From Mycoavidus cysteinexigens (GTDB taxonomy: Bacteria > Pseudomonadota > Gammaproteobacteria > Burkholderiales > Burkholderiaceae): 64,000 nucleotides of DNA. A program made the position numbers and the translations under genes. Location of the stretch: contig JASSUI010000002.1 of the NCBI GenBank assembly GCA_031963415.1, positions 29,478-93,477 of the forward strand, read 5' to 3'. The notes below the pieces were generated by a model that worked only from the letters and a program-made list of their open reading frames with translations, ran no database searches and was not told the origin of the DNA. Below, in pieces: positions 48,915 to 58,503 of the stretch. Positions within the stretch are counted from its first letter, which is position 1. Each line of letters starts with the position of its first letter.

Positions 48915-50585
48915 ATGCTTGAACATGTCGCCAAAGAACTAAAGTTATCGATTGAGTTTGACCTACCCGAGGTCAAGCTGCCGGCTGCATTGCCTACTGA
49001 TGTAGAGGGACTCACGGCACTGTTGCACACGCAACAGAAAGCGTACGAAGCGTTATGGACAGAAACCCAGCACAAATGGGCAGAAGTTCAAAGAGAAGTA
49101 CAAAGCAAATGGATCGAAGCGCAGAAAGAGGCACAAAATGAACTCAAGCGCATGCTCGAACAAATTGTGCTCTCCCGGCGGCGCCTGTTTGGGCCGAGTA
49201 CGGAAGTCAGTGGTCAGGGTCGTTTGTTTGATGAGGCTGAAGTCTTGGCCCAGGCGACGACTGAGGCACAAGATATTGCCCCACTTCCCCCTCAATCAGC
49301 AAGCAAAGCTCAACCTGCGCGTGGCAAGCGGGGGCCCTTACCTGCAGAATTGAAACGCGTTGAAGTGGTACACGATGTTCCCGAAGCCGAGCGCACCTGT
49401 GCCTGTGGTACACCGATGGTCGTGATTGGCCAGGATGTAAGTGAGCAACTCGACATGGTGCCGATGCAGATACGCGTACTACGCAACGTTCGTCTACGTT
49501 ATGGCTGCCCTAGTAGTACTCACGCGCCAGTCACTGCCTCCTTACCTCCCCAACCGTTGCCTAAGAGTAACGCCAGTCCCAACCTTCTTGCGATGCTGTT
49601 GACGGTTAAATTCGTTGACGGCTTACCGTTGACCCGTTTCGCCAAGGTATTGGATCGTCATGGCATGCCCGTTCCCACCCAGACGCTGGCGCGCTGGGTG
49701 ATCGGTTGTCGCGCTGTGCTGCAGCCTTTACACAATCTCATGCGCGATGCGTTACTGGAAAGCCCTGTCCTGCATATCGATGAAACTACGGTGCAGGTGC
49801 TGAAAGTCCCGAACAAAAAACCGACGTCGAACTCCTATATGTGGGTGCAGACGGGTGGACCACCAGGTCAATCCGTGGTGATTTACGACTATGATCCCAG
49901 CCGAAGCTCGGCGGTGCCTGTACGCCTGTTGCACGACTATCAAGGTTATTTGATGGCCGATGGCTACGAGGGTTATAACAAACTGGCCCAAACCGAAGGC
50001 ATCGAACGTCTTGCTTGCTGGGCGCACGTAAGACGACGCTTTGTTGAGGCAGTGAAAGTGCAACCCAAAGGCCGGCAGGGTCATGCCAACCAGGCTGTGG
50101 CGATGATTGGCGAGCTCTATCGCGTTGAACGTCTTTACCAAGGCGCCGATAATGAAACACGCCGGTTAGCGCGCCAGGAACAAAGCATTCCGATTCTCGA
50201 GAAGCTACGCACTTGGATGGAAGATCTCCTACCTGGTGTGATACCCAAAAGTGTGTTGGGAGAAGCGTTGTCATATATGCATGAGCGCTGGAGTATGCTC
50301 ACGCGTTATACCGAGCGCGGCGACTTGCCCATCGACAACAACCGCTGTGAGAACGCGATTCGTCCCTTCGTCATTGGCCGTAAAGCTTGGCTGTTCAGCC
50401 ATACGACAGCGGGGGCGCATGCTAGTGCCGTGATTTACTCGCTCATCGAAACCGCCAAGGCCAATGGCGTAGAACCTTACACTTGGTTGTGTTGTGTACT
50501 GCGTGACTTGCCAGCCGCAAAAACCGTCGAGGATGTCGAAGCGCTCCTACCTTGGAATTTTAGTCTCGAGCACTCTCTCCGTTAG
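48915..50585 (+). CDS. tnpC: IS66 TnpC transposase
   Basis: The 556-aa protein is identical to the one encoded at 3784..5454. Confidence 0.9.
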   Translation: MLEHVAKELKLSIEFDLPEVKLPAALPTDVEGLTALLHTQQKAYEALWTETQHKWAEVQREVQSKWIEAQKEAQNELKRMLEQIVLSRRRLFGPSTEVSGQGRLFDEAEVLAQATTEAQDIAPLPPQSASKAQPARGKRGPLPAELKRVEVVHDVPEAERTCACGTPMVVIGQDVSEQLDMVPMQIRVLRNVRLRYGCPSSTHAPVTASLPPQPLPKSNASPNLLAMLLTVKFVDGLPLTRFAKVLDRHGMPVPTQTLARWVIGCRAVLQPLHNLMRDALLESPVLHIDETTVQVLKVPNKKPTSNSYMWVQTGGPPGQSVVIYDYDPSRSSAVPVRLLHDYQGYLMADGYEGYNKLAQTEGIERLACWAHVRRRFVEAVKVQPKGRQGHANQAVAMIGELYRVERLYQGADNETRRLARQEQSIPILEKLRTWMEDLLPGVIPKSVLGEALSYMHERWSMLTRYTERGDLPIDNNRCENAIRPFVIGRKAWLFSHTTAGAHASAVIYSLIETAKANGVEPYTWLCCVLRDLPAAKTVEDVEALLPWNFSLEHSLR

Positions 50586-50880
50586 CTCGCCTTTATCCTT
50601 GGCCAGCCTCGCTATGGCTACATGGGCCTGGCCAATATCTGACTTCCCTCTTTACGCTTACTCCGTTGATCGTTAAATTGAAGCGAAGTATCGCTGCCGC
50701 TCAATCAAGCTACAACCCTGGGGATCGTGGTGTGCTTACGCATCAACAACGTCTCTTTATCGCCTGATCGAGAAGAAGCCACTGACTTATGGTAATCAAT
50801 TACCAACTAGAAAAGCAAAAGAAGCGCAAGTTATCTCCGGCTTTTACCGATTATCTGACCCGCAAAAAGGCTCAGATGAT

Positions 50881-51432
50881 ATGGCGGACGATCAGCCCAA
50901 ATTTACCACTTCACACCATGCTTCACAGTTTTCAGTATCAAGCGCTTCTTTTTGTTGTGAATCATACTGGACTGTTAAGAAGATCGAATATTTACGAGAC
51001 TCTGTAGTCGCTCTCAAAGAACTGCTAAAAGAAGAAGAATGGTATGTTTTTTTTCCTTTTTATCAAAATGAAAAAAAACAATTCCTGGATCAATTACAAA
51101 AATCTATTGCTGCCTATGATGCATTTGTTCCGATTCTTGATCGTATTCTCAATAGCATTACCTCTCACGAGGTTTCGTCGCTTGTTAAGCAGCATTCTAT
51201 TCTTGGCTATTTGAAGCAGTTAACTTTAACGATTAGTAGATTAGAGAATATAGACAGTAAATGGCGCGAGTTATTTTTTACCTTGTGTAAGTCACAAGGA
51301 TTAGAAAATGTCACTAACTTAATCGACCAACCAGCATTAAATAATGATTTCCTTCTTTGCAGTATTAAAAAACTAAAAGCTCATCTATTTGCTGCGCTTA
51401 TCGTTCATATTGATAATCAGTTTTACCAGTAA
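50881..51432 (+). CDS. Hypothetical protein
   Basis: This is a 183-aa AT-rich ORF with no recognisable motif. Confidence 0.35.
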   Translation: MADDQPKFTTSHHASQFSVSSASFCCESYWTVKKIEYLRDSVVALKELLKEEEWYVFFPFYQNEKKQFLDQLQKSIAAYDAFVPILDRILNSITSHEVSSLVKQHSILGYLKQLTLTISRLENIDSKWRELFFTLCKSQGLENVTNLIDQPALNNDFLLCSIKKLKAHLFAALIVHIDNQFYQ

Positions 51433-52137
51433 GAGGTAGCCTAATGTTTTTAATCATAAAAGGTGGGATCTGGGTAAAAAGGTTTTCGTGACTTGTGCAC
51501 AGTCAACCTACCATTTATTTCCCTCATAGAAAAAAATACAATCAACTTATACTAGCGAACAACCAGAAAACTACACCACGTGCTATCGTGGAAAACCGAA
51601 GTTACTCGGCTCTCGTTAGCTGATCAGCAATGCTTTAGACAGGTGGCGTTGTCGCCTCCCAAACTGATACCGTTTTGGGAGCGCGCCTTCGCTTGCTATA
51701 ACAAACTTTTGCGCACTGAATTTGAATGAGTGGTGCTTACCGTTCTAAATCGCAATGCTCGACACCCCGCCTATCTGACTGCGTCGGCCGTTAGTCTAGG
51801 TTAATTGATCAAGAATCCGATGAAAAGAGTCAGGGCGGCGCGCGTTGATTGATGCGCTTGGTCGTGCCAATCGCTTGGATATAGGCTGACGGTGGATGCC
51901 AAAGTTTCTACTAGCACACGATCTTATTGCTTTGTCCAACTCGCATACCTTGTTTTTGCCACTAGCACGAGCACATGCAAGCTTTTAGTGCGCTAATTTC
52001 CTCCTATTTGTGGCAGATCTTTTCTTGGATAGAAATCAAGAAAAAAATTAAAAGATAAAAATCTTTTGCTCAGTAAAATTGCCGGTGGTCATCTTTTGTA
52101 GAATGTTTAAGATCCCTGCCTTATTGAAAATCACCTT

Positions 52138-52428
52138 ATGCACGATGGAAAATTTATGAAAACATTACTTGCCACAGCTATAACGATTGCCGCTTTTCTT
52201 GGTTTTGTAGGTAATGTGCATGCCGCAGGTAGTTTAAAAGGTGGCTTTTGCTACACCGAGAACCCTTTGCCTAATACTTATGGCGCTTCTATTGATTGCG
52301 AGCATGTAGGAACCGTAAAAAGCGTTCAGGAAATTTACGAAAAAGGCTTTAGGGTAGTGGATAGCGGATCCGCATCTAATGCCAATGGGGTGCAATCATT
52401 TTATTTAATCATCGAGCAAAGAAAATAA
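52138..52428 (+). CDS. Small secreted hypothetical protein
   Basis: A signal-peptide-like segment MKTLLATAITIAAFLGFVGNVHA starts at the second Met (52156). The mature part contains two Cys residues. Confidence 0.5.
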   Translation: MHDGKFMKTLLATAITIAAFLGFVGNVHAAGSLKGGFCYTENPLPNTYGASIDCEHVGTVKSVQEIYEKGFRVVDSGSASNANGVQSFYLIIEQRK

Positions 52429-52430
52429 TC

Positions 52431-52763
52431 GTGCGCTATTTAAGAAAGCTACTCTTCCCAATAGGCTTACCGTTAATTCTCGCTTTTGTACTATGTGATA
52501 AAACATTACCGAATTTTTTCGGTATGTTGATCGGTAGCAGCTTTATTTGGATTCCTTGCTTGTTAGCCTGGTGGCTCAGCGATGGATTTACAAATATATT
52601 TGAAGGGCGAAATGCTAGTCCTTTTGATAATCGAGTCTTACCCGATCTTCAAAAGGTATCAACTGGCATTGACCCATATACCGGAAGAGTATGTATGACG
52701 CTTGAAAATATAGGGGGGAAAATACATATTCCTCTTAATACCTCTCCTCCGGTAGACCGTTAA
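52431..52763 (+). CDS. Small membrane hypothetical protein
   Basis: It uses a GTG start 3 nt after the upstream stop. It has two hydrophobic helices (LLFPIGLPLILAFVL and LIGSSFIWIPCLLAWWL). Confidence 0.45.
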   Translation: MRYLRKLLFPIGLPLILAFVLCDKTLPNFFGMLIGSSFIWIPCLLAWWLSDGFTNIFEGRNASPFDNRVLPDLQKVSTGIDPYTGRVCMTLENIGGKIHIPLNTSPPVDR

Positions 52764-52785
52764 GCATAGAGTGCTATTTTTGACC

Positions 52786-55700
52786 CTATTTTTTCCTCTC
52801 AACCTTTGTATTGATCGACAAAGAGGCGCTTTCTTTACGCTTCATATTGGCGGTCAATTTTTCTCCATCAGCAGTTCCCTCTCCTCCCATAGCGGCATTG
52901 AGCAATTTATTTGTAGAGTCTGCAATATCATGGCCTTCTGTTTCTTCTACGGTATTCATCATATTAATTCGCCCTCTTCCTATAGGCTTATCTGGACTAG
53001 CCCAGGCATGCACATTTTCATCTAGCTTGCTTGCACGGGAAGGGATGCTGTTTTCCGATTTAGGGTCTAGCTGGCTAGAAACAGTAACTCTCGCGTTATT
53101 AACTATTTCTGGAGTACGAATATCTACTTCAAGCGGCGCAACAGATTTAAAACCAGTTTTAGCGATTTTTTCTTGATGTAATTCGGCAATATTATTAGGT
53201 ATCTGTGCACGTTGCGATGCGGATAACGCATTCAATTGATCTACCGTGATAGGTAGATTTTCCTGCTCTGGCATACGTTTGGCTTGCTGTACGATGCTCT
53301 TTTCTTCTAAATAATCTCTAAACATATCCATTTGGCTATCTTCAGATTGATTAAAGAATCGCATTGGCGTCATACCATTGTGTGTTGCCACCCGTTCAAA
53401 TAAAGATGGGTCAGACATCAAATCACGATGTACTGCGAATACATCGCTTTCGCTACGGTTTGCACGAATACCTCCGCCATGCTCGTTTCGGTTAGCTTGA
53501 TCCCAAAGTTGAGTTCTTTCATCAGCTGTCGATAGTGACGCATCTTTCCCCTCACGATTCGTTTGACTGGAATGTTCGCTTGCACTTTGTTGTACAGAAC
53601 GTGATGCAAGCTCAGAATAATTGGCCTCTTCACGGGCCTGCTCGTCTTTGGAATGTGAATTAGTATAGTTACGATCCCGTCCGTGCGATGCGGAGTAAGT
53701 TTTGTGTGAGTTCAGTCCAAAGCCAAAGCCGAATCTAGCCCCAGCTTGCAACGATTTTCCTTGGCCAGATGCTGGGCTTAATGGCTGTTTTTTATTAGAT
53801 GGAGAATCGGCTAAGGTTTTAGCTCGGCTTTCTCGATAGTTTGATACCGCTTTATCAATCTCTTCTTCGGATGCGCCCCCCTGCCTCATCGCATTTTCAA
53901 TGCGTCTTTCTTCCCGTGGATTAGACGGACGGGCAGGATTATTTATCGGCGTATCTTGCTTCCCTTCTGCAGGCGATATACCACCTCTTCCTTCTATACT
54001 GCCACCCAAACCGAGATTCATACCGATTGCATCATTAGCGCCAGCCTCCAAATGAAAGTTAGACGTTTCCCTTGCTTCATTATGGAGAGATTGTCCCGCA
54101 CTATATGAACCGCCATAGCTACCTTGCTCAATATTGTCAGTCGCTATTCTTTGATCTTGATTTTCGCTATGCACCGCATCGTGCGCTTTCACGTCTGTCA
54201 ATAATGAGGTTTGGCCGTGACGAGATTGAAGCTGATCACCTTGTGAAGCAATGTTTGTCCGATGAGCTTCTTGATTGAATGAAGATTCAAACCGCCTATC
54301 TAACCCCATCGAGTAATTCAAGCGGTTTTGCATTTGCTGTAAAGCAACCGTGCCATTTGCAGCCATTGTGACCATACCCCCATCACTTCGGCTAAATGTG
54401 GCTCCCCCACTCGATAGACCTATATTGCTATCGTATTTGTTCATGGACGTGGAATTGATAGCAGCGGTATCAAGCGCCGTGTGTCCTAGGTGAACATTAC
54501 CGCTTGCCGCATGGCCTGCTACACTTGCGCCCGCTGATGAGACACTTCCCATCATACGATCTGCCATACCGGTAAACCCTTCTTGTCCGAGCTTAATGAT
54601 GATGCCTGCTATGAATGGCACAAGCATCACCGCATAGCCAATCATCGCTTGCTCATCGACAAGCGTCGCATCAAATGCGTCAGAGAGTTGAAAAGGAACC
54701 CCTGAAGCTAATTCAAGTGCTTTCGCTTTTCGCTGCAAAAGAGTGAGAGACAAATGATTAACCATCGCAAACAGCAACGGCCATAATCCAATCCATGCAA
54801 GCGACATAAAATAACCCGCTAGCATTTTCTTTGCACCCTCTGCGGATACCATGACCGATAATATGACTACCACAGGAAAAAGCGCATAAATGATGGCTTC
54901 AATCCAATTACGTACATGCGGCAGTGTTTCTTGAGCCAGCAGGCTTAATGTGCTGTTTGTACTATTGGCTTGCAGTGCAGCTTGCGCTGAACCTATTGAA
55001 GCGTTGACCTCTGCCACCCGTGCAGGATCATTGAGTAAAGCAGGTAATTCAGTACCGGCTTCTCGCCAGATATTATTGAACATTGCTTGCTTCATGGCTT
55101 CTGAAGCATTCTGGGAATTGTTTAGAACCCAATCATAAGACGTGCCAATCGCTGACACAAAAAGACCCGTAGCTAATCCATCATTGGCAGCACGGTTAAA
55201 AACTTGTTTACCGTAGTAGCGTTGTCCCGCTAAGACTGCTTCATTCACACGTGGCTTTAGAATTGTGCTGACTGCGGTACAGGTATCTGTTACCGGCTTA
55301 CTGGTAAGCGTGTTATAGGTCACAAACCGAGCCGGATTCGTATTTGCAAAAATCGTATCCCAAGCATCCGTTTTACCCACAATCTGATTCGCTTTAATCT
55401 CTCCATCTCGCACGTCATAGATCGTGCATTCTTTAATAAATTGCATCAGATCCGCACGCAACTCAGGATCTCGAATCGTTGCGCGGTTCACTTGTTTAAG
55501 AATGCGGTGCGCAAAGCCTACATCGCCTTTTTGTAAGCCCAAATCATCAGGTACATTAAAGACGGTTTCATATGTTTGCGTCAGCCACCCAAAAACTAAA
55601 CTCGTTCCCTGCGCAATAAACGCTAACGTAAACGGAACGTGCTCTACAACACGCGGCGGCTCAAGACCTGTACGATCCGTGAGCACCACACGAGAAATTG

Positions 55701-55923
55701 GCAAATTTAGGGCAGCAGTCAAGAAAAGTGCTTGCAAAAACCATCGAGCTATCTCGAACTGTTTATTGAACGCATGCGCAAAAAGAAATACCCCAAAGGC
55801 CGATAAAAAAACAAACCGCAACACCCCCTGAAAGCCACTACTTTGCATAACCGCAGACACCGCATTAAATACGGTGTACAGCGTTTCAACATTCCAGTAG
55901 GTTTGTATCTCGACGGTATTCAC
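52786..55923 (-). CDS. traG: F-type T4SS mating-pair stabilisation protein TraG
   Basis: The 1045-aa protein has a polytopic N-terminal half (TraG_N-like) and a long hydrophilic C-terminal half. It is the last gene after traH, as in F. Confidence 0.75.
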   Translation of the reverse strand: MNTVEIQTYWNVETLYTVFNAVSAVMQSSGFQGVLRFVFLSAFGVFLFAHAFNKQFEIARWFLQALFLTAALNLPISRVVLTDRTGLEPPRVVEHVPFTLAFIAQGTSLVFGWLTQTYETVFNVPDDLGLQKGDVGFAHRILKQVNRATIRDPELRADLMQFIKECTIYDVRDGEIKANQIVGKTDAWDTIFANTNPARFVTYNTLTSKPVTDTCTAVSTILKPRVNEAVLAGQRYYGKQVFNRAANDGLATGLFVSAIGTSYDWVLNNSQNASEAMKQAMFNNIWREAGTELPALLNDPARVAEVNASIGSAQAALQANSTNSTLSLLAQETLPHVRNWIEAIIYALFPVVVILSVMVSAEGAKKMLAGYFMSLAWIGLWPLLFAMVNHLSLTLLQRKAKALELASGVPFQLSDAFDATLVDEQAMIGYAVMLVPFIAGIIIKLGQEGFTGMADRMMGSVSSAGASVAGHAASGNVHLGHTALDTAAINSTSMNKYDSNIGLSSGGATFSRSDGGMVTMAANGTVALQQMQNRLNYSMGLDRRFESSFNQEAHRTNIASQGDQLQSRHGQTSLLTDVKAHDAVHSENQDQRIATDNIEQGSYGGSYSAGQSLHNEARETSNFHLEAGANDAIGMNLGLGGSIEGRGGISPAEGKQDTPINNPARPSNPREERRIENAMRQGGASEEEIDKAVSNYRESRAKTLADSPSNKKQPLSPASGQGKSLQAGARFGFGFGLNSHKTYSASHGRDRNYTNSHSKDEQAREEANYSELASRSVQQSASEHSSQTNREGKDASLSTADERTQLWDQANRNEHGGGIRANRSESDVFAVHRDLMSDPSLFERVATHNGMTPMRFFNQSEDSQMDMFRDYLEEKSIVQQAKRMPEQENLPITVDQLNALSASQRAQIPNNIAELHQEKIAKTGFKSVAPLEVDIRTPEIVNNARVTVSSQLDPKSENSIPSRASKLDENVHAWASPDKPIGRGRINMMNTVEETEGHDIADSTNKLLNAAMGGEGTADGEKLTANMKRKESASLSINTKVERKK

Positions 55924-55932
55924 AGATCGGGC

Positions 55933-57345
55933 CTAATGCAGACTTTTACCAAAAGCCAGGGAATTACGCAGAGTTTGAGATAGATTAGCGTTTAATGCAC
56001 GCTCCATATATTGCACTTCTTGCGCAATGTCATAAGTACTAATGGTTTGCGAGTACGCTATTGATAGAACTTTTTTAGCTGATTGAGAGATTCCTTCTAA
56101 TTGAGGCTTAAGTTTGTTAAGGGTTGCAGCTTGTGTCGTGTCTGTGACATTTAAAAATTTATTGATAGACGCTCGTAGATCCGCTACCGCACGTTGGATA
56201 TATACCTCCGCATATTTAGCGGCGATCAAATCTTGATAGCGCCCAATCAATGCTTCGGCCATCCCCGTATTGTTTAAGCTTGTGGTAACGGCCAACATCT
56301 TATAAATTGGTAAATCAGTTACATTTAGAAAACCTAATACCGAGTCTAAATCCTCATAATCAGATCGGTCAGCGATTTTGTTTGAGATTGCTGCCATCTT
56401 CTCACTCACCATGGTTTTGAAGCTTTTGGTCGTTATTTCCTCTTCTGTAGGGTGTAAACAACCATCGGCTTCCGTCGTATCGCATCGCCAAATAGGGACG
56501 GTAATATTCTCTGATGTGCTGCGCGTCCCTACTAAAGTTTCAACAGTAATTTCTTTTCGAGCCAATGAAATAGGATTTTTTGCTTTCCCATCTGTCGGAA
56601 AAATGGTGCTCCCAATCATCGACATCAGCACCATTCGATGCTCATCGGTAATGCCTTCCATCTTCTTAAGGGCTTTCCAGACCACATTACCTATTGGCAA
56701 TTGGTCTTTCACTTCTGGTTTAGCATTTCCCGCATCCTTCATCGTTTCATCGGCTTTCTTCGCATCGTGCATGACTTTTGTCCATGCATCTGTGATGTTT
56801 TCAAATATATTGCTATCAACGCCGAAATTCTTAGCTGCTTCTTGCCTTCCACGTGTCCAAGTATCGGAAGCAGCCGCATTCACTATGCCCTTAGCGGCTT
56901 CACAGGAATCTATATTGAGCCGGTTAACCTGCTGTGCCGTGGCCTGCAAAGCCTGCATGACGTTATCGCAGGTCGGGCATAGATTCTGAATGGCGAGCTT
57001 AAAACCATAGCCCAAAGCGTTAGAGCCAATATTGCGTAGCATCCCAACAAACTGTTCTTTATTGATAAAGCTAAAGCCTCCCATAAACAAATCGATTCCA
57101 CCGCATCCTGCATTCCAACTAGGCGGCGTACCACTTGCTATGTTGTAGGTACGCTTAGGCATTCGCATAAAAAGACTACCGCCGGTATACAGATTCATCG
57201 TCTGCCCTTGTAAAATCGCTGGATTAGTCACATTTCCTTGCGCATTCACGGAATCAAACAGCTCTTGCATGGACATAGCGTAAACACTCCCCGTAAAAAA
57301 GAGACTTGCTATTCCTAGTAGCAAAATTCGCTTTAGGCATTTCAT
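55933..57345 (-). CDS. traH: F-type T4SS protein TraH
   Basis: It has a signal peptide. The motif CGGIDLFMGGFSFINKEQFVGMLRNIGSNALGYGFKLAIQNLCPTCDNVMQ is the conserved TraH core. Confidence 0.85.
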   Translation of the reverse strand: MKCLKRILLLGIASLFFTGSVYAMSMQELFDSVNAQGNVTNPAILQGQTMNLYTGGSLFMRMPKRTYNIASGTPPSWNAGCGGIDLFMGGFSFINKEQFVGMLRNIGSNALGYGFKLAIQNLCPTCDNVMQALQATAQQVNRLNIDSCEAAKGIVNAAASDTWTRGRQEAAKNFGVDSNIFENITDAWTKVMHDAKKADETMKDAGNAKPEVKDQLPIGNVVWKALKKMEGITDEHRMVLMSMIGSTIFPTDGKAKNPISLARKEITVETLVGTRSTSENITVPIWRCDTTEADGCLHPTEEEITTKSFKTMVSEKMAAISNKIADRSDYEDLDSVLGFLNVTDLPIYKMLAVTTSLNNTGMAEALIGRYQDLIAAKYAEVYIQRAVADLRASINKFLNVTDTTQAATLNKLKPQLEGISQSAKKVLSIAYSQTISTYDIAQEVQYMERALNANLSQTLRNSLAFGKSLH

Positions 57346-58131
57346 TTAGAAGTTCTCCCCAGGCTGCGTCCCCGTTAACACAAAAATTCGATTTACAATC
57401 TCACTTAAGGACATAACGCCAAACCCGATGGGCGCGTGCTCTCCGGTTTTTTTAGAACCAATGAACAAAGCAGGAACACGTTCTATTCCCCATGTATTAG
57501 CCTGCACGCGACCGTCACGCGGATGTGGAAATTCAGCGATTCCTTTGCCATCTACTGACACACCCAATACATCCACACCATATTTATCCGCTAGGATCTT
57601 CAACGTTGGGGCCATGGCATGGCAGTACGGGCAATCCGAGCGGAAAAAGAAAATCAGCCCATGTTCTTTAGCTAAAGCACGCAACTGTTTTTCTTCATTT
57701 TGTATGCGCTGTGCGTCATACGTTTTGATCGCTGTATTGTTAGCAGGCCGCTTGATGGAATAATCAAGATCAGGGTTTTGCCACACTACTCTGCGCCAGG
57801 TATCCGCAAAGACGGCACCCTTTTGCTGTGTGAATTGCCATAGCGTTAAATAGTCTTTGATATTCGATTCACTCGGCTCCATGACGGCCACATCCTCGCG
57901 GCGCTTAAGTTCTTCACGCAGTTGCTTAGCGGTACGTATTTGGTCTAGTTCGATACGCTGAGTCGTGGCGATGGGTCTAGATGGAGTTTCTGCGACTTCC
58001 TCCTGTACCTGTTCATCGCAATACCAATTCACTTTAGGCTGATTGCTGCACTCCCAAACCGAGCGATAACTAAGGCTTTGCGCATGCGCCATACTGGCTA
58101 ATAACATCATCGCCCACCCTATTTTTCTCAT
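57346..58131 (-). CDS. traF: F-type T4SS thioredoxin-fold protein TraF/TrbB family (CPYC active site)
   Basis: It carries FFFRSDCPYCHAMAPTLKILADKYGVDVLGVSVDG and has a signal peptide. It sits between traN and traH. Confidence 0.8.
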   Translation of the reverse strand: MRKIGWAMMLLASMAHAQSLSYRSVWECSNQPKVNWYCDEQVQEEVAETPSRPIATTQRIELDQIRTAKQLREELKRREDVAVMEPSESNIKDYLTLWQFTQQKGAVFADTWRRVVWQNPDLDYSIKRPANNTAIKTYDAQRIQNEEKQLRALAKEHGLIFFFRSDCPYCHAMAPTLKILADKYGVDVLGVSVDGKGIAEFPHPRDGRVQANTWGIERVPALFIGSKKTGEHAPIGFGVMSLSEIVNRIFVLTGTQPGENF

Positions 58132-58146
58132 CGTGCACCAAACCTA

Positions 58147-58503
58147 TTAATCCAATAGAACAGGGGGGGTGCCGTCCTGGCAATAATTCAACCTCGTTTT
58201 TAAAACGGCTTCGGTTTGTCCTTGCGGGGTATCTACGTTTTGCTTTGTAAATGTCGTCTCTAATTGCGCACAGCCTTCCTGTTTAAAGCGTTTGATGACC
58301 TTGCTACTCACCAACAACCGACCAGCGCTTTTTAATTCTCTAGTGAAGTGTTCGGCCACTTCTCCTTGCATCTCTCCTTGTGCTTTCCCCTTTTGAATAG
58401 CCTCGACAAAGACATCATGCGGCTTTAGATAAACATTTGGCGCAGCCTGCACAGAGACTGTCATGAGTACAAAAAGAAGAGGTAAAAAGGTTTTCATCGT
58501 CAT
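58147..58503 (-). CDS. Periplasmic hypothetical protein within the tra operon
   Basis: It has a signal peptide MTMKTFLPLLFVLMTVSVQA. It overlaps the traN stop and occupies the trbE-like position of F. Confidence 0.5.
   Translation of the reverse strand: MTMKTFLPLLFVLMTVSVQAAPNVYLKPHDVFVEAIQKGKAQGEMQGEVAEHFTRELKSAGRLLVSSKVIKRFKQEGCAQLETTFTKQNVDTPQGQTEAVLKTRLNYCQDGTPPVLLD

Larger units (their letters stand above)
48126..50739 (+). mobile_element. IS66-family element, copy 2 (intact)
   Basis: The element is 2614 bp long with terminal repeats GTAAGCACGCCACGATCCCCAG and CTGGGGATCGTGGTGTGCTTAC. An 8-bp direct repeat GCATCAAC lies at 48118..48125 and 50740..50747. Confidence 0.95.

Noticed and set aside
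51433-52137. I searched for oriT, a relaxase remnant or a tRNA downstream of traG.
   Set aside because: Only short hairpins (for example CTCCCAAA..TTTGGGAG at 51656..51681) and a repeated ACTAGCAC word are present. Nothing could be supported.
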